NCBI GenBank assembly: GCA_040954595.2
Contig: CM082593.2
Span: 7,786,043-7,850,042, forward strand
DNA from: Balanoglossus misakiensis
Taxonomy: Eukaryota > Animalia > Hemichordata
DNA: 64,000 nt
Reading direction: 5' to 3'
Part shown: positions 1-12,300 of the stretch, in pieces
Numbering within the stretch: the stretch's first letter is position 1
Layout of the letters: each line of letters begins with the position of its first letter
Notes under the pieces: generated by a model
The model's database searches: none
The model's input: only the letters and a program-made list of their open reading frames with translations
What the model was told of the DNA's origin: nothing
Translations under genes and position numbers: made by a program

Positions 1-114
1 GCCACAGGTTACAGCAGAAGTATGATAATTTGTACTGTCAAAAAAAAATTATCTGTTGTACCGGTACAGATGGTTTGCTTTATTTGAATATTGGACAACT
101 TGGAATTTATTTAC

Positions 115-375
115 CTTGTCGAGGAACTCTTGCAGTATTCTACATTTCTTCTTGTTTTTCTTGGCAGCCATACTCTCTTGCAGAGCATGCGTCAGATGTT
201 CAATAGTAACTCTCGATCTGTATCTCCACACTGTCAGGTTGTTGTACAAGGAGTCCATGACCAGGTCTTGGGACGAAGGATCGACTTCGTGTAGCAATTT
301 CAACAAAGGGTTGTTTCCAAGTCTCTTGTCATCATGCACCAGTTTGTTGGCTGTCTGAAGTTCTGGAGTGGCATT
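115..375 (-). CDS. RNF213: RNF213 exon 41 in window
   Basis: DDKRLGNNPLLKLLHE...VWRYRSRVTIEHL...ILQEFLDK. Confidence 0.9.
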
Positions 376-3300
376 CTGTGACAAAAGCATTGTTGAAACG
401 ATTTTATTGTTATCATTATTTTCGAATTTTTATGAAACTTGCAGTGAATGGACAGTCAGACTCCACACTGAAACCCTACAATCAGTCAACCACATGTTGT
501 ATGCATGTTCCAGAGCTAAATCAATTTTTTCAAATTATTGTACATTTTGTTGAATTTCTGTGGTACAACACATTAAACTCCATCCTGACTAGCACTATCT
601 CATCCATTAATCTGTGACTTTCCTGCCGTCTGCACAGAGTGAAATCTAATTTCACGGAAGAGACCTTTTTTCCATGAATATCACTGCTGATGGATATCAC
701 TTGCATTTCCTGAGTCGGTCCAATCAAACATGGCATGACTAACCTGTATGATGGGATTGATGAAGTTCCTTGTGAATGAATCCTCCCACTGATGTCTGCA
801 TTTCTTTGAAGTAAGTAGTGGGTTGAACTGCTCATGACCTGTTGTTCAAATGACATATTCAAATTTAAATGTCATAGTTATTCCAGAAAGCTGGCTAGAC
901 ACATGCTATCCTGTTACTGACAAAAGTCCATGATTTCAGACTTTAACTTGAATCAGCAGAAGCCTAGTAATAGAAACTGGCAAGAAAATTAATGTTATTG
1001 ACAAGTTTTGTATGCCAGACTCCTTGCTGGATGAATTAGCACGCCGGAGGCAAGTCCTGAATTAGAGCCCTACAAAATTAAAGAAAGAATTAACAATGAT
1101 TACCAAGTTTTCCAAAGTCTTTTACAAGTCAAGCAAGTGATTATAGACTCAACATCGAAATTGGTATTAATGCAAATTCATTTCCATCTGACTGATGAAT
1201 TAATCAGCAGTATTAAAGTTCTCAATTGTGCAGTTGCAGCTCAAAGACAATTTTGCCAACCAGGCACATGCGTTTTAAGGGTCCACATGGCTATACCTAA
1301 CAGAAACATGTCTTATTTTAATGCACTGATTTGAATCAGAAGACATACATGTACTGAGTATAAAGTCCGTTCTCATACAATACTGACTGAGTATTATCAT
1401 GGCAAACTCATACCTTGCGGTTTGGTCGTCAACATTCTATGGAGAACCATGTGAATGATCAGGGCCGAATCATCTACACTCTTTCCGCTTGCACGGGACA
1501 ACAGTTGAAGATCAAACTCCAGATGTTGCCACAGAAACTGTGGAATACCATTGGCATTCACTGTCGGGTGAATGACACCAACCAGATTCTACAAATAAGA
1601 AATGTACTGATTTTGGTTCATGTCAGTTTTTGCATGACTGTGATACAAACTTAACCAAATACATATTTTTTCATAGTATTTCTATTCTATCAGGGAACTA
1701 CATTTTCTTCCTTAACAGTGAATACATGTAACTAAATGTATACACATTTTTTCTTACGTTAATTTTCAGGCAACTTGCCAGTAAAATATGGCATGTAGAT
1801 CCTGGAAGATTCTTAACAATTACTGACATGTCCACTGATGTGAAAATTTGAACAGATAATGGAGTGAAGGTGTGGCGTTAGGGACACACTAATTTTTATT
1901 ATTTATATTTAATTATAATTTAGGATTTAAATGTACATCCTATAGAACAGGTAAAATATTTATATTAAGATAACAGCACAGATACAAAAGACAGCATTAA
2001 ATTACAATTAAAACAACACAAGACAACAAACAAACAAAAACAATAAAAAATGTAAAACAATAATGATGATAGCCAATAAAAGTCAATAAAAAGACAATAA
2101 AAAGACAAAAACAATGGTACTTATACTGACACTTATCAAATATACATCAACTTTCGGTAGACCTGTTAAAATTTTGAAAAAAAAAACAAAGACGTCAGAG
2201 TTGATTATTTTGTTCAAAATACTATTGCCACTGTTGTAAATTCTGACATGTATAAGTCGGAGTAATATTCGCCTCAGAGTATCGAATGACGGAACATTGT
2301 TTGATAAACACATTCCATTAGCACTGCAACCCTGTGGTAGGCAAAACAGAATACAGAAGGCATTTTATTACATGCTTACCTCTGGTGCTTTAGTTGCAGC
2401 TCCAATCATGGATGCATGCATCAACATCCTGACGATGGCAACGGCAACTGGAGACATCTGTCTCTCCGGGACAGGAATCTCGTTGTGTCGTCTTTCAGGA
2501 GCACCAAGTATGTGTCCTTTCTGTGTTGTGTCATGTCTATGAATAGGGAAAATGACAGTATATTTTTACCTCGCGTGATAGAAAGGTAATGTCATCACCA
2601 TTTCTGTGTTTGTGTGTGTCTGGCTGTAAGCACGATATCTCAAGAATGGCTGATACACTGGTTCTATTTGAAAATGACAAGAGCTGATTAGTTTTCAGAG
2701 ACTCAGGCGCCAGTCAGGAATTAATCAAGCTATGAATAAGATCAAAATTAAGACGAGGACACTATAACTGAATGAGTACAGCATGGGTGACCACAGTACA
2801 TGTACTTGCATGGGTGCAGGCCACTAAATGAGTCCTGCCAGTCACAATCACATGATCCATTTTCCACGGTACATCCCAGGTGAACCTGTGAATGCTAACT
2901 AAGCAGATTGTGAGCTTTGGTGACAGTGTGGGCAGCGGATTAATCAAATTGTAAAGAAAAGAAAATTCACCATCATTCAATCCTATCATCATGCATTATT
3001 TGAAGATGTATCTATCACAGGTCCACTTTCTAGCAAATATGTTGCTGTCAGCATTGTTGAATTCTCCACCATCAGTACCCCATTTCTGTTTTGATACTTA
3101 CTCTCTAGCCAATCTATTGCCCTTAGCAGCTTGATTGTAACGTACGCCTCCGATTTCTGCACCGCAATCCTTACACTGTCCACGACCATTTGGTTTGCCG
3201 CACTACAGCACAGAAAGCATGGGAAAAAGAGTCATTTTTTCGACAATTAATACACTTACATTCTAGCGATTTTATTGCCAGCAGCCGGCGTGTGGCTTTG

Positions 3301-6300
3301 TCCACCGATTTGTTGACCACAATCTTTGCACACACCGAGGCCATATTGACGACCACACTTAACAACAAGATAAAAGTAATGAAGAGTGTGATGTAGTATG
3401 ATTTTGTAACTCTGCATGCTATTCTTGCTACAATGTGACTACCAGACCCTAAGCATAAATGGGGAATGCACGGTTGGCAGATCACTGCCATCATTCATAT
3501 GCTCCTCAGGGAATGTGACACAACTTTGATGACAGTCATGTAATCAATAGTCCCCAAGTCAAAATTACCACTGTAAAGGGGGCTACATTTACGGTTGATC
3601 CCTTTGTTATTGAATGAAATTTATATATAATCCCATATTTTTCTTTGTTTGATGTGATCGTATATGAGTGGTTTTCGCGGAGTCATTGCAACTTCGAGCC
3701 GCAGGCGAGAAGTTGTACGCCGGCCTTCACGAAAACCACAAGTGTACAATGACGTTTAACAAAGAAAAATATCATGGGATTATAATATTTATCACATGAA
3801 CAGTCTTCTTATTTTTTTGTTAGGAGAGGCAGGACTAAAAAAAATTCAGTATCTAGCTGAAATATTGGAGCGGCCTCGTTTTTTTACTTAGCAGGATTAT
3901 TTTTCAGTGGCGCAAGGATCTGTAGTCCACACAAGATATGAAAATTAGAAAGCTGTTCATTCATAAAAAACTGGCAAGGCATGGCGTTCAATTGAGCTCA
4001 GTTCGCCCGCAAAGTCATGACGCCGGTTGCATTTTATACGGGGAAATGACGTACTTCATGTACAAGTTTATACAAAATTAAAGCTGCAAGCAGCATTGGC
4101 GGGGCACAAGCGATTCCCATGGTAACCAGCAAATGCCAAGGCTGTATCTGCTGTGGATACCAAGATATAAGAAAGTAGGTCAAAGGTCACCTGAGGTCAC
4201 CCAAAATTTGGGCAAAACATTTTTACACCGTACAGGTCCATGTCCACCAAAAACCAAACCTCTAGCCCTGTTGGTTAGCTTGGAATTAGATACATGTATG
4301 CACATAATTAATGAGGTATTGTGTAAGACTCCATTTATGTGCTCAATCCCCAAAAGCCAGGGCTCTCACTGCTCTGGATGCTGAGATATGGAAAAGTAGA
4401 TCAAAGGTCACCCAAGGTCACCCAAAATTTGGGCATAAAATTTTGACCCCATAGTGGGCCATGTCCGACCAAAACCAGACCTCTAGCCCTATTGGTTAGC
4501 CTGGAATTAGACATGCAGAAAATGATGTATCAGAAATAGGTCAAAAGTCATTGCCAAAATTACCAAAATATTTGTGTCATGTCCTGGCAGCAGTGGTACC
4601 CATGTCCACAAAATTCATGACTGTGGTACCTTTACAAGAGGAGGTTTAATGTAAAATTAGGTTTTTTAAAAATTGCGTCAAGGACACGGTGGTCCCATTG
4701 AGTGATTACACAAGAAAAAGTCTACACCGGAGTACATGGCCATATACAGACAGACAGACAGACACACACACACACATAGCGAGAGATCAATGGGCAAACA
4801 CTGACTGACCCATAAGCTGCCAATGGCATATGTACTGTACATACACTAAATAGAACAGCTGGCCTCTTTAAAACTTAGCCAGTTATGTAAAAATTCAGGA
4901 ATTTGCTGTGTTTATATGAATCACATAGGGCAGTTCCTGCCTAATTAAAACAACTCAATAAAGTACAGTAAAACCTGTCAAAACCGGACCCTGGTAAAAC
5001 CGGACCACTGTCCATACCGAACGATTTTTTCAGTCCCTGCCCACTCCCATAGACGCCCTGTGTTAAAAAACCTCTGCAGACCGGCCACTGTCTACTGTGG
5101 AAACCGGACGGGATTTCGAGCGAAAACCGGACGGAACGACTGTTTGAAGACGGCATCTTTTCAAGTTTCTTTGTTTTTGCTACATTAAAGATATGATGAA
5201 TCACTGTCTTTTGTCTTTGAGTTTTGTTTTGACCAATTTAACAAGCAATCAACGGCGTGGAGCTGTCACTCAAGCAAGGCGTGAACGCATTCTATTGTTC
5301 GACTCGTTTGTCGCATATTTTTGACAAGTGGAGTGTCACCGCAGTAATGAGCTCTGTTGTCGGCTGATCAAACATAACGTTTCCCCGTGTCATTTTTTTT
5401 CGGACGGTCAAAGCTATGAAGGCACATTCAATCAGAGCGATGTATACGAGCGCGTCTGTCCTGGCTAGCAACGGAGTCGTACGATCGTCTGCCGCGCGCG
5501 CTGGGCCGGGCGCGTGCGGTTGTAGATTGCTCCATCACTTCCGCGTTCGGCGGCGCTAGTGCGTTCGCTCGCATATTTTGCGAGTCCAGCTGTAGCTAGG
5601 CCGTTCGTGAGTGTAGTTCTCGTTCACATAAAAAAAAGGAAAAATATTTATTGTGTATTCGTTTAGACCTATGCTAAATTATCCATACACTTTATTGTTC
5701 CATGACGCCCGTGGTCGTACGTGCGTATGTATGTATACGGTCGATGTGTGAAACACGGCCGGATCGGAAAACTTTTGACCACGCCCACCCCTCCAAACCG
5801 GACCACTGTTCAAACCGGACAGATTTCTCAGTCCCCCCAGAGTCCGGTTTTGACAGGTTTTACTGTAAATACACACCACTTTGCAAAGCAATCTGACCAG
5901 TAGTTCTTGAGTTACTGAGTTTTGCCCAAATTCACATTTTTCCAGCTAATTTGCATATTTTGGGCAATGGCAACTTCATTTGAACAAATTCCCATCTACA
6001 GCCCAGCCTGCACCTACACACCAAATATCAAGGTGATACACGCAGCGGTTTTCAAGTTTTTGATGTGGACGGACATACATCCATACATCCATACATACAT
6101 ACAGACGCAACCCATCCCATAAGGTCCCATGGTACATACCAATGGGACCCAAAAACTGGGTCAAAGGTCATGTGAAAATTGCCCCCCAAAATTGTGACAA
6201 GTTCCGGTCATATGATGACTCATATCCATGAAAAGAATTTCTGTGCTGTCAATATTTAGGCTAGAAATTGGAATTTAAAATTTTTCATCAGGTTTCAGAA

Positions 6301-9300
6301 AATCCAATATGGCCGCCATAATGATCAACAAATCACAATGCGCTTCGCAAATTTGATAGACACGGGTTAGGTGACCAAATACCCCAAATCCCGTGACTCG
6401 GCAGTTGCCGGTTCTGGAGAAGAAGATTTTTAAAGTTTTCATGAGTTTTTTCGAAAATTCAATATGGCCACCAGGTCACGTGACTAATTAAATATTCACG
6501 GCCACTGTAGGTCTACTCATTGGCCCCTAGCACCCTACCAAGTTTCAGCCCTGTAGGTGCTGCAGTTTTCCAGATCTACCTGGCCGAAAATCTCGGAAGA
6601 AGAAGTGGATCGAAGAATAAAGAAAAATTCCAACAATACCAATAATTAAACCAATCTAATAAACTAAACTAAACTCCAGTGCCATGTATCCCAACACCAT
6701 TAATATGACAGGATTTTAAAAATAAGTCTAAGAAACTGTTGCATTTGCAGCATCACTGAAGTCAAGTCAGTGCGGTCGGTCAATGTTTCCACAGAATACA
6801 CATTGTCGTGGCGACAGAATCTCAGCCTTGGAACTTACACACACAAATGTAATCGGTTCTCTAACAATTTTACTGCAACTTATTTCCACGTCTTATGCAA
6901 TACAATGACCGTTGAAATATATAGAGTTTCAGTCTTCACGAACTTAACTGGCTCAAAACCATCAAGTCTCACTCGGACCGGACTGAGTTGAGGCGCTCAC
7001 TCGGCGAATCGGTGGAAATAGTTCCAGTTGATGATGTGGAACAGGGGGTATATGGATTTTTCTTCTGTCCTTGTCTACGTCACACAGGTGGAAATATGGG
7101 CCAGTTCATGTGATAAATATACATTTCATTATCATACCAAATATGTGTATTATCCCATTCACAAGCACCATTGCAACACTGAATATCTCAAATAAAAAAG
7201 TACTTACATCTCCAATTGTGTAGGGGTGACCATTTGGACATTCTGCAAGGATAAAACAAAAACATATCAATATATATGAATATTAATACCAGGTTCACAC
7301 ATGGTAAAGTTTGATACACATGGTAAATGCAATGCAGAGTACATGTATTAATCCTTTGAGTCACGTTGTGTCCACACACACAAAGTTTATGTACAGGCAC
7401 TGAGGCTGTAGCCCCATAGACAATGGGTTGCGGAGAGGTATTAATCCTTACACCGGCTCAGGTCTGGCCGAAAACGCCGTCTCAAATCTGAGATGTTTCA
7501 ATAAACTGTTCACACATAATAATTTACGCCAGTATTTCATCTGAGATGTTTCAGAAACATCTTAATGATCCCTGGGTGACCCCATATAAGTCACGTACCT
7601 TACTATATGGTATCAATAACCCCCCCCCCCCCCATCAATAACAACAACCAAACAAACTACAAAAAAGACAAACAAATAAACAAGCAAACAAAAACAAGAT
7701 CAGCATTTTTGAGAAAGTTTAAACAATACATAATATGCATTAAAAACACACAATTGCTGGAAGAAAGCATCTACCCATGTATCTTCACATCCTTGTTTAT
7801 AAAAAACCCATTTTGATGAAAAGGGCTTAAGTTGCTTTACCATCCCACCAAGGGATGATAAAAAAAATCTTATTGCAAGGGTATCTTAAGCATTCTTGTA
7901 GTGGGTTTTGTTTAACTTAATGTTTGTGTCTGAAAGGTAAAAAATGAGCACAGAGTCTGTGGTAAATGAGATATTGGCAAGTCAGTACATTTCAAACTTA
8001 CCATACCACTGGACATTTTCTCTTTCAAGTGCTGCTTTAGCTTCTAATATTAAATCTTCCTGCATAGTTGGAAAATAAGAATTCTGCAGCAAAAAAGACA
8101 AAATAACAACCTCTTCAGGATTTATATTAAAAATCTCCACTAATTAAAACAGGATTAAGTTCATATGCTTCAGTTTATCAGTTGAACTTTCTCCATGATT
8201 AACACAAAATATATGCTGCTGTAACAAAAGTGCATAATTACTCTTAACGCATTCCAAACTAATTTCAAAATTCCACAATCCGAAGATAATACCATATTAG
8301 TGAATGAATAGAAATTGGATTACAAATATTAATGTGACATTAGATTTATGTCTGAAACCCTATATTTTGCACTACACCTTTCCAAACGTGTGTGATCAGT
8401 GTAAAAATCAGCTGAATTTTCGAGAAAAAACACAAATCTGTGGAAAAAAATTGGCTGAATTTTTTAGGAAAACACAAATCTGTGAAAAATTCACCTGATT
8501 TTTTTTACAAATTACACCAATAAACAAAAAAAAATCAGCTGAACATCACCTTCAACCAAAAAATCGCGTCAAGGACACAGTGGTCCCATTGAGGAAAAAG
8601 TCTACACCGGAGTACATGGCCATATACAGACAGACAGACACACATAGCGAGAGATCAATGGGCAAACACTGACTGACCCATAAGCTGCCAATGGCATATT
8701 TACTGTACATATACTAATAGAACAGCTGGCCTCTTTAAAACTTAGCCAGTTATGTAATCATTCAGGAATTTGCTGTGTATATAAATATCACAGGATGGGG
8801 TTCCTGCCTAATTAAACAACTCAATAAAGTAAATACACACCACTTTGTAAAGCAATCTGACCAGTAGATCTTGAGTTACTGAGTTTTGACAAAATTCACA
8901 TTTTTCCAGCTAATTTGCATATTTTTGGCAATGACAACTTCATTTGAACAAACTCCCATCTACAGCCCAGCCTGCATCAGCACACCAAATATCAAGGTGA
9001 TACACGCAGTAGTTTTCAAGTTTTTGATGTGGACGGACATACAGACATCCATCCATCCATCCATACAGACGCAACCGATCCCATAAGGTCCCATGGTACA
9101 TACCAATGGGACCTAAAAATTACTTTTTCCGGAAATTACTTTTTGAGGTGTGAATGAACTTAAAAGACAAATTATGATACAGTTGCATAAAGCCTAAAGG
9201 TAATGGTAACACATACATTGTATGTCTGTTGGAGAAAATCTACGATTAAAAGGAAATTATGAAAATTGATTGGAAATTCTCAAATTGGTTTGGAACTTTT

Positions 9301-12300
9301 TTATATACAAGTATATTGCACTTAATATGCATAAGTGTGTCAATCCCTACAAAAATCTTACAATACAGCAAAGCAACACCAGCTAATGACATTGATGAGG
9401 TAAGTACCGGGTATAGTTAAACAACCTAACTTACAGCCATGTTTTGTGGATTCTCCATCATTATGACCAAAGGCTGAACGGCATGATATCGACTGCAGCA
9501 CCGCAACACAACCATAGTGTGAATCACCAGGGCTGCCACTGTTCGACACAGAGGGCGCTGATCTGGTGTTACATTTAATGTACTGCATTTACCACCTTGT
9601 CTGTTGAAGATGAGCTCTTCAGCAAAATCCTAGTAAAAGATACACAAAATGTCATTATGAATAAATTAAATTGCGGTATGAAATTTCATTATGAAAATTT
9701 TGTTAAAATGAACCATCAGAGGCAGTACACCATACAAATGTACTGACTCAGGCCATTAAAATTAATGATAATTGATAGCCAACCAACTATAACCATATTA
9801 GTCAATAGTATAATCTTATTGTTAACAAGTTCCTAAATCTTCTTCTTGCTATTTTTGTATCATTTTACAGATATGTATACTAACTTTCATAATACACAAC
9901 CTCAGAATTTTATACACAGTCACATCAAAGTGTACCAAAATACAAATTTTTTCTTGGGACCCAATGATTACATTGGCAAACTTCCAAACACGCATGCCTT
10001 TGTAGGTATTGATAGAATACAGTCTAATTTACATATTCCTATATATGGTTAATAATAAAACTTACTTTTTCATATGGCCACCCAAGTGAAAATCTGTGAA
10101 ATGTTAGATCTCAACTTTCCTTAGACAGGTGAGTACATACTTAACTTTGGTTGCAACTTCAATACAAATTTTCTTTAAAGTAGGATAAAATTACTGTGTT
10201 AATTGTAACTTCCAGCATATGGAATGTTGTGTGATCAGTGAAATGTCGACCAAATCTTTGTGATATGAAAGTCTGGGGACGAGAAGATCATGTGCTATTA
10301 AATTTGACTTGCTTGTAATATTACTTACCTCTTGTGTAACAAAATGGGCAGATTTGATGTAAGTTACAAGCTTTTGGATAACCTGCCAAGACAATACACA
10401 CAATTATATAACGAGGAATTACATAAAATTTAATATAAAAAGAAGTTCAACATACTTGAATACAAACACAAGATATAAAGCCTTATGGCAACACCATGTG
10501 ATATGTGTAAGCTGCATGTGTTCATGCTCACATCAAAATAGCATTCACTTACAACTTGCCTGTGTGAGGTTGTGTTATTTTAACTCCAGGAAGTTAAGTT
10601 TCCCATTTTCTTGCAAATTTTCAGTCTCATTCTCACAAGTTACTATACTCTGAGTCATTCAAACTTGTAAGGCTTTTCAGGACATTTATGAGCATGATGA
10701 TACATATATATACCATTAATTATTTTAGCTGACCTACACGTCCTAAATCTGTACGATTAGTTGGTGACAAGAAACAGTCACCAGGAGTAATTTAGTTTGT
10801 AATGACATACCATGACATCCTTGTGTGTGAACTCTGCAATTCTCAAGTGAAACCATATTACCTTGTTCTCATTAAGCCCTAATGTTTTACAAACCAACAC
10901 TTACATTGGCATCTACTGGTGTCTGTTGTGAGCCATCAGCATACTTGTTTGCATGACACATGGTCATCTCTCTGTATATCGTCAGCAGTAACAGGTACTG
11001 CTTTTCTTCATTGGATTTTGCCGAATTCTACAAAAGCAACAGCAAAATGATAAATTTTATACCAAAAAACACATAAATTGAATCATGATTTGCCCTTTGA
11101 AACAAGTTGGAAGAATGATTCACAATGATTGTGAAACACTAAAGGAGATGAACTGACACTGTACATCTGATGCAAAAGATTAACTGCAATTGTACTACAA
11201 TGTATTTATGAAATCTTCGAGCAGTATGCACCAACGGTCATTTGGGAGTTGCGTTATTATTTTGCAGTTGGTGTCCTCCAAATAGTTTCAAACATCATAA
11301 GACATTTTGGGTATACAAAATACTGTTTTAAGTACATGTGCTTCTGAGAAATTTATCTTTATCTTGAAATTGCAAGAAGTATCTCAGGTTCTTACCCTCA
11401 ATATCTTGTCCACCTTCTTGAAGGAAGCACTAATCAGTGTTTCTGCCATTGCCTCTCTGAGTTCCGGGTAAAGATTCCCACATGTGACAAATCTGTCTGG
11501 TACAAAGGTGACCTTCAAAATGTAGGGATGATTTCACATTAAATATTTCACAAGAATCAATATCCATATTATATGGTGGTCTCGCACTCAGTATGTTCCA
11601 GTGAATGTATGCATTCAATGTTTCTATTTGAGCAGCTTTACATGCAACAATGAAAATACTCATAGGTAACGTGATGAAATACTGTCTGTATAACAGTACA
11701 AGTATGTGGATGTTGGTTTATCAAATCATAATAAAGTTAATGGTGAAAGGAATGGTCAGTAGTAGTCTGTCAATGGTCTTGTTTCAATCGTGTATTCCAA
11801 AGGGTGCATACCCCATGTATTTAAATCCTACTTGCGAGTTTACTTTCAATACAGAGATCACTGTACATATGATAATTCAACATGTGACATGTCTCTGTGA
11901 TTACAGAATAGTGACTACACAGAGAGGCTATTTATTCAGATAACTGGTATGTTGCATTACATCATAGTTATAAAGATTACAAAGTAGTTTTTATACTAGA
12001 TCATACTTGGATACTACAGTGATCTAAAGCAAATAAATAAATGCTAATTACTTACCAGTACATTTCCTTCAGGAGGCATAATCCAATTCAAGCGAGGATG
12101 ACGTCTCACAATGGATTGTAGAGTGTCAGTTCCGTATCTCCGACACAGCTGCTTCACCAGGAATATTTTGGGCCACTTGGATTTGATGCTTTCACAGAAC
12201 CGCTGTGTCATGTCCAGCAGTCTCCTGGCCTCTTTGTACAGGTCCGGATGATTCTGTTGCTGCGTCTCGTTCTGCTGGTCGGAACCCCCAAAGAACAGAC

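Larger units (their letters stand above)
4079..6642 (-). mobile_element. HINE/Helentron-like element (family C relative), interrupted at 4668-6155
   Basis: Starts aaagctgcaagcagcattg like the 28.4-35.5 kb units; resumes at 6156 with ggtcaaaggtcatgtg...aatccaatatggccgcc...gaaaaattccaac. Confidence 0.75.
3622..7120. mobile_element. Hairpin-tail Crypton-like element (family D), split by nested insertions
   Basis: 3622-~4050 and ~6840-7120 match the left and right parts of 45104-46009. Long hairpin with gagccgcaggcga loop; inverted repeat tttatcacatgaac...gttcatgtgataaa. Confidence 0.75.

Noticed and set aside
990-1069. Candidate extra RNF213 exon after a tag acceptor
   Set aside because: Immediate stop in the required phase; exons 1414-1588 and 744-838 join in frame without it.
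5922-6122. Recurrent small ORF family (also 8886, 22372, 53005, 58851, 60855)
   Set aside because: TTG-start open frames running into a microsatellite at the HINE end; repetition reflects the transposon, not a gene family.
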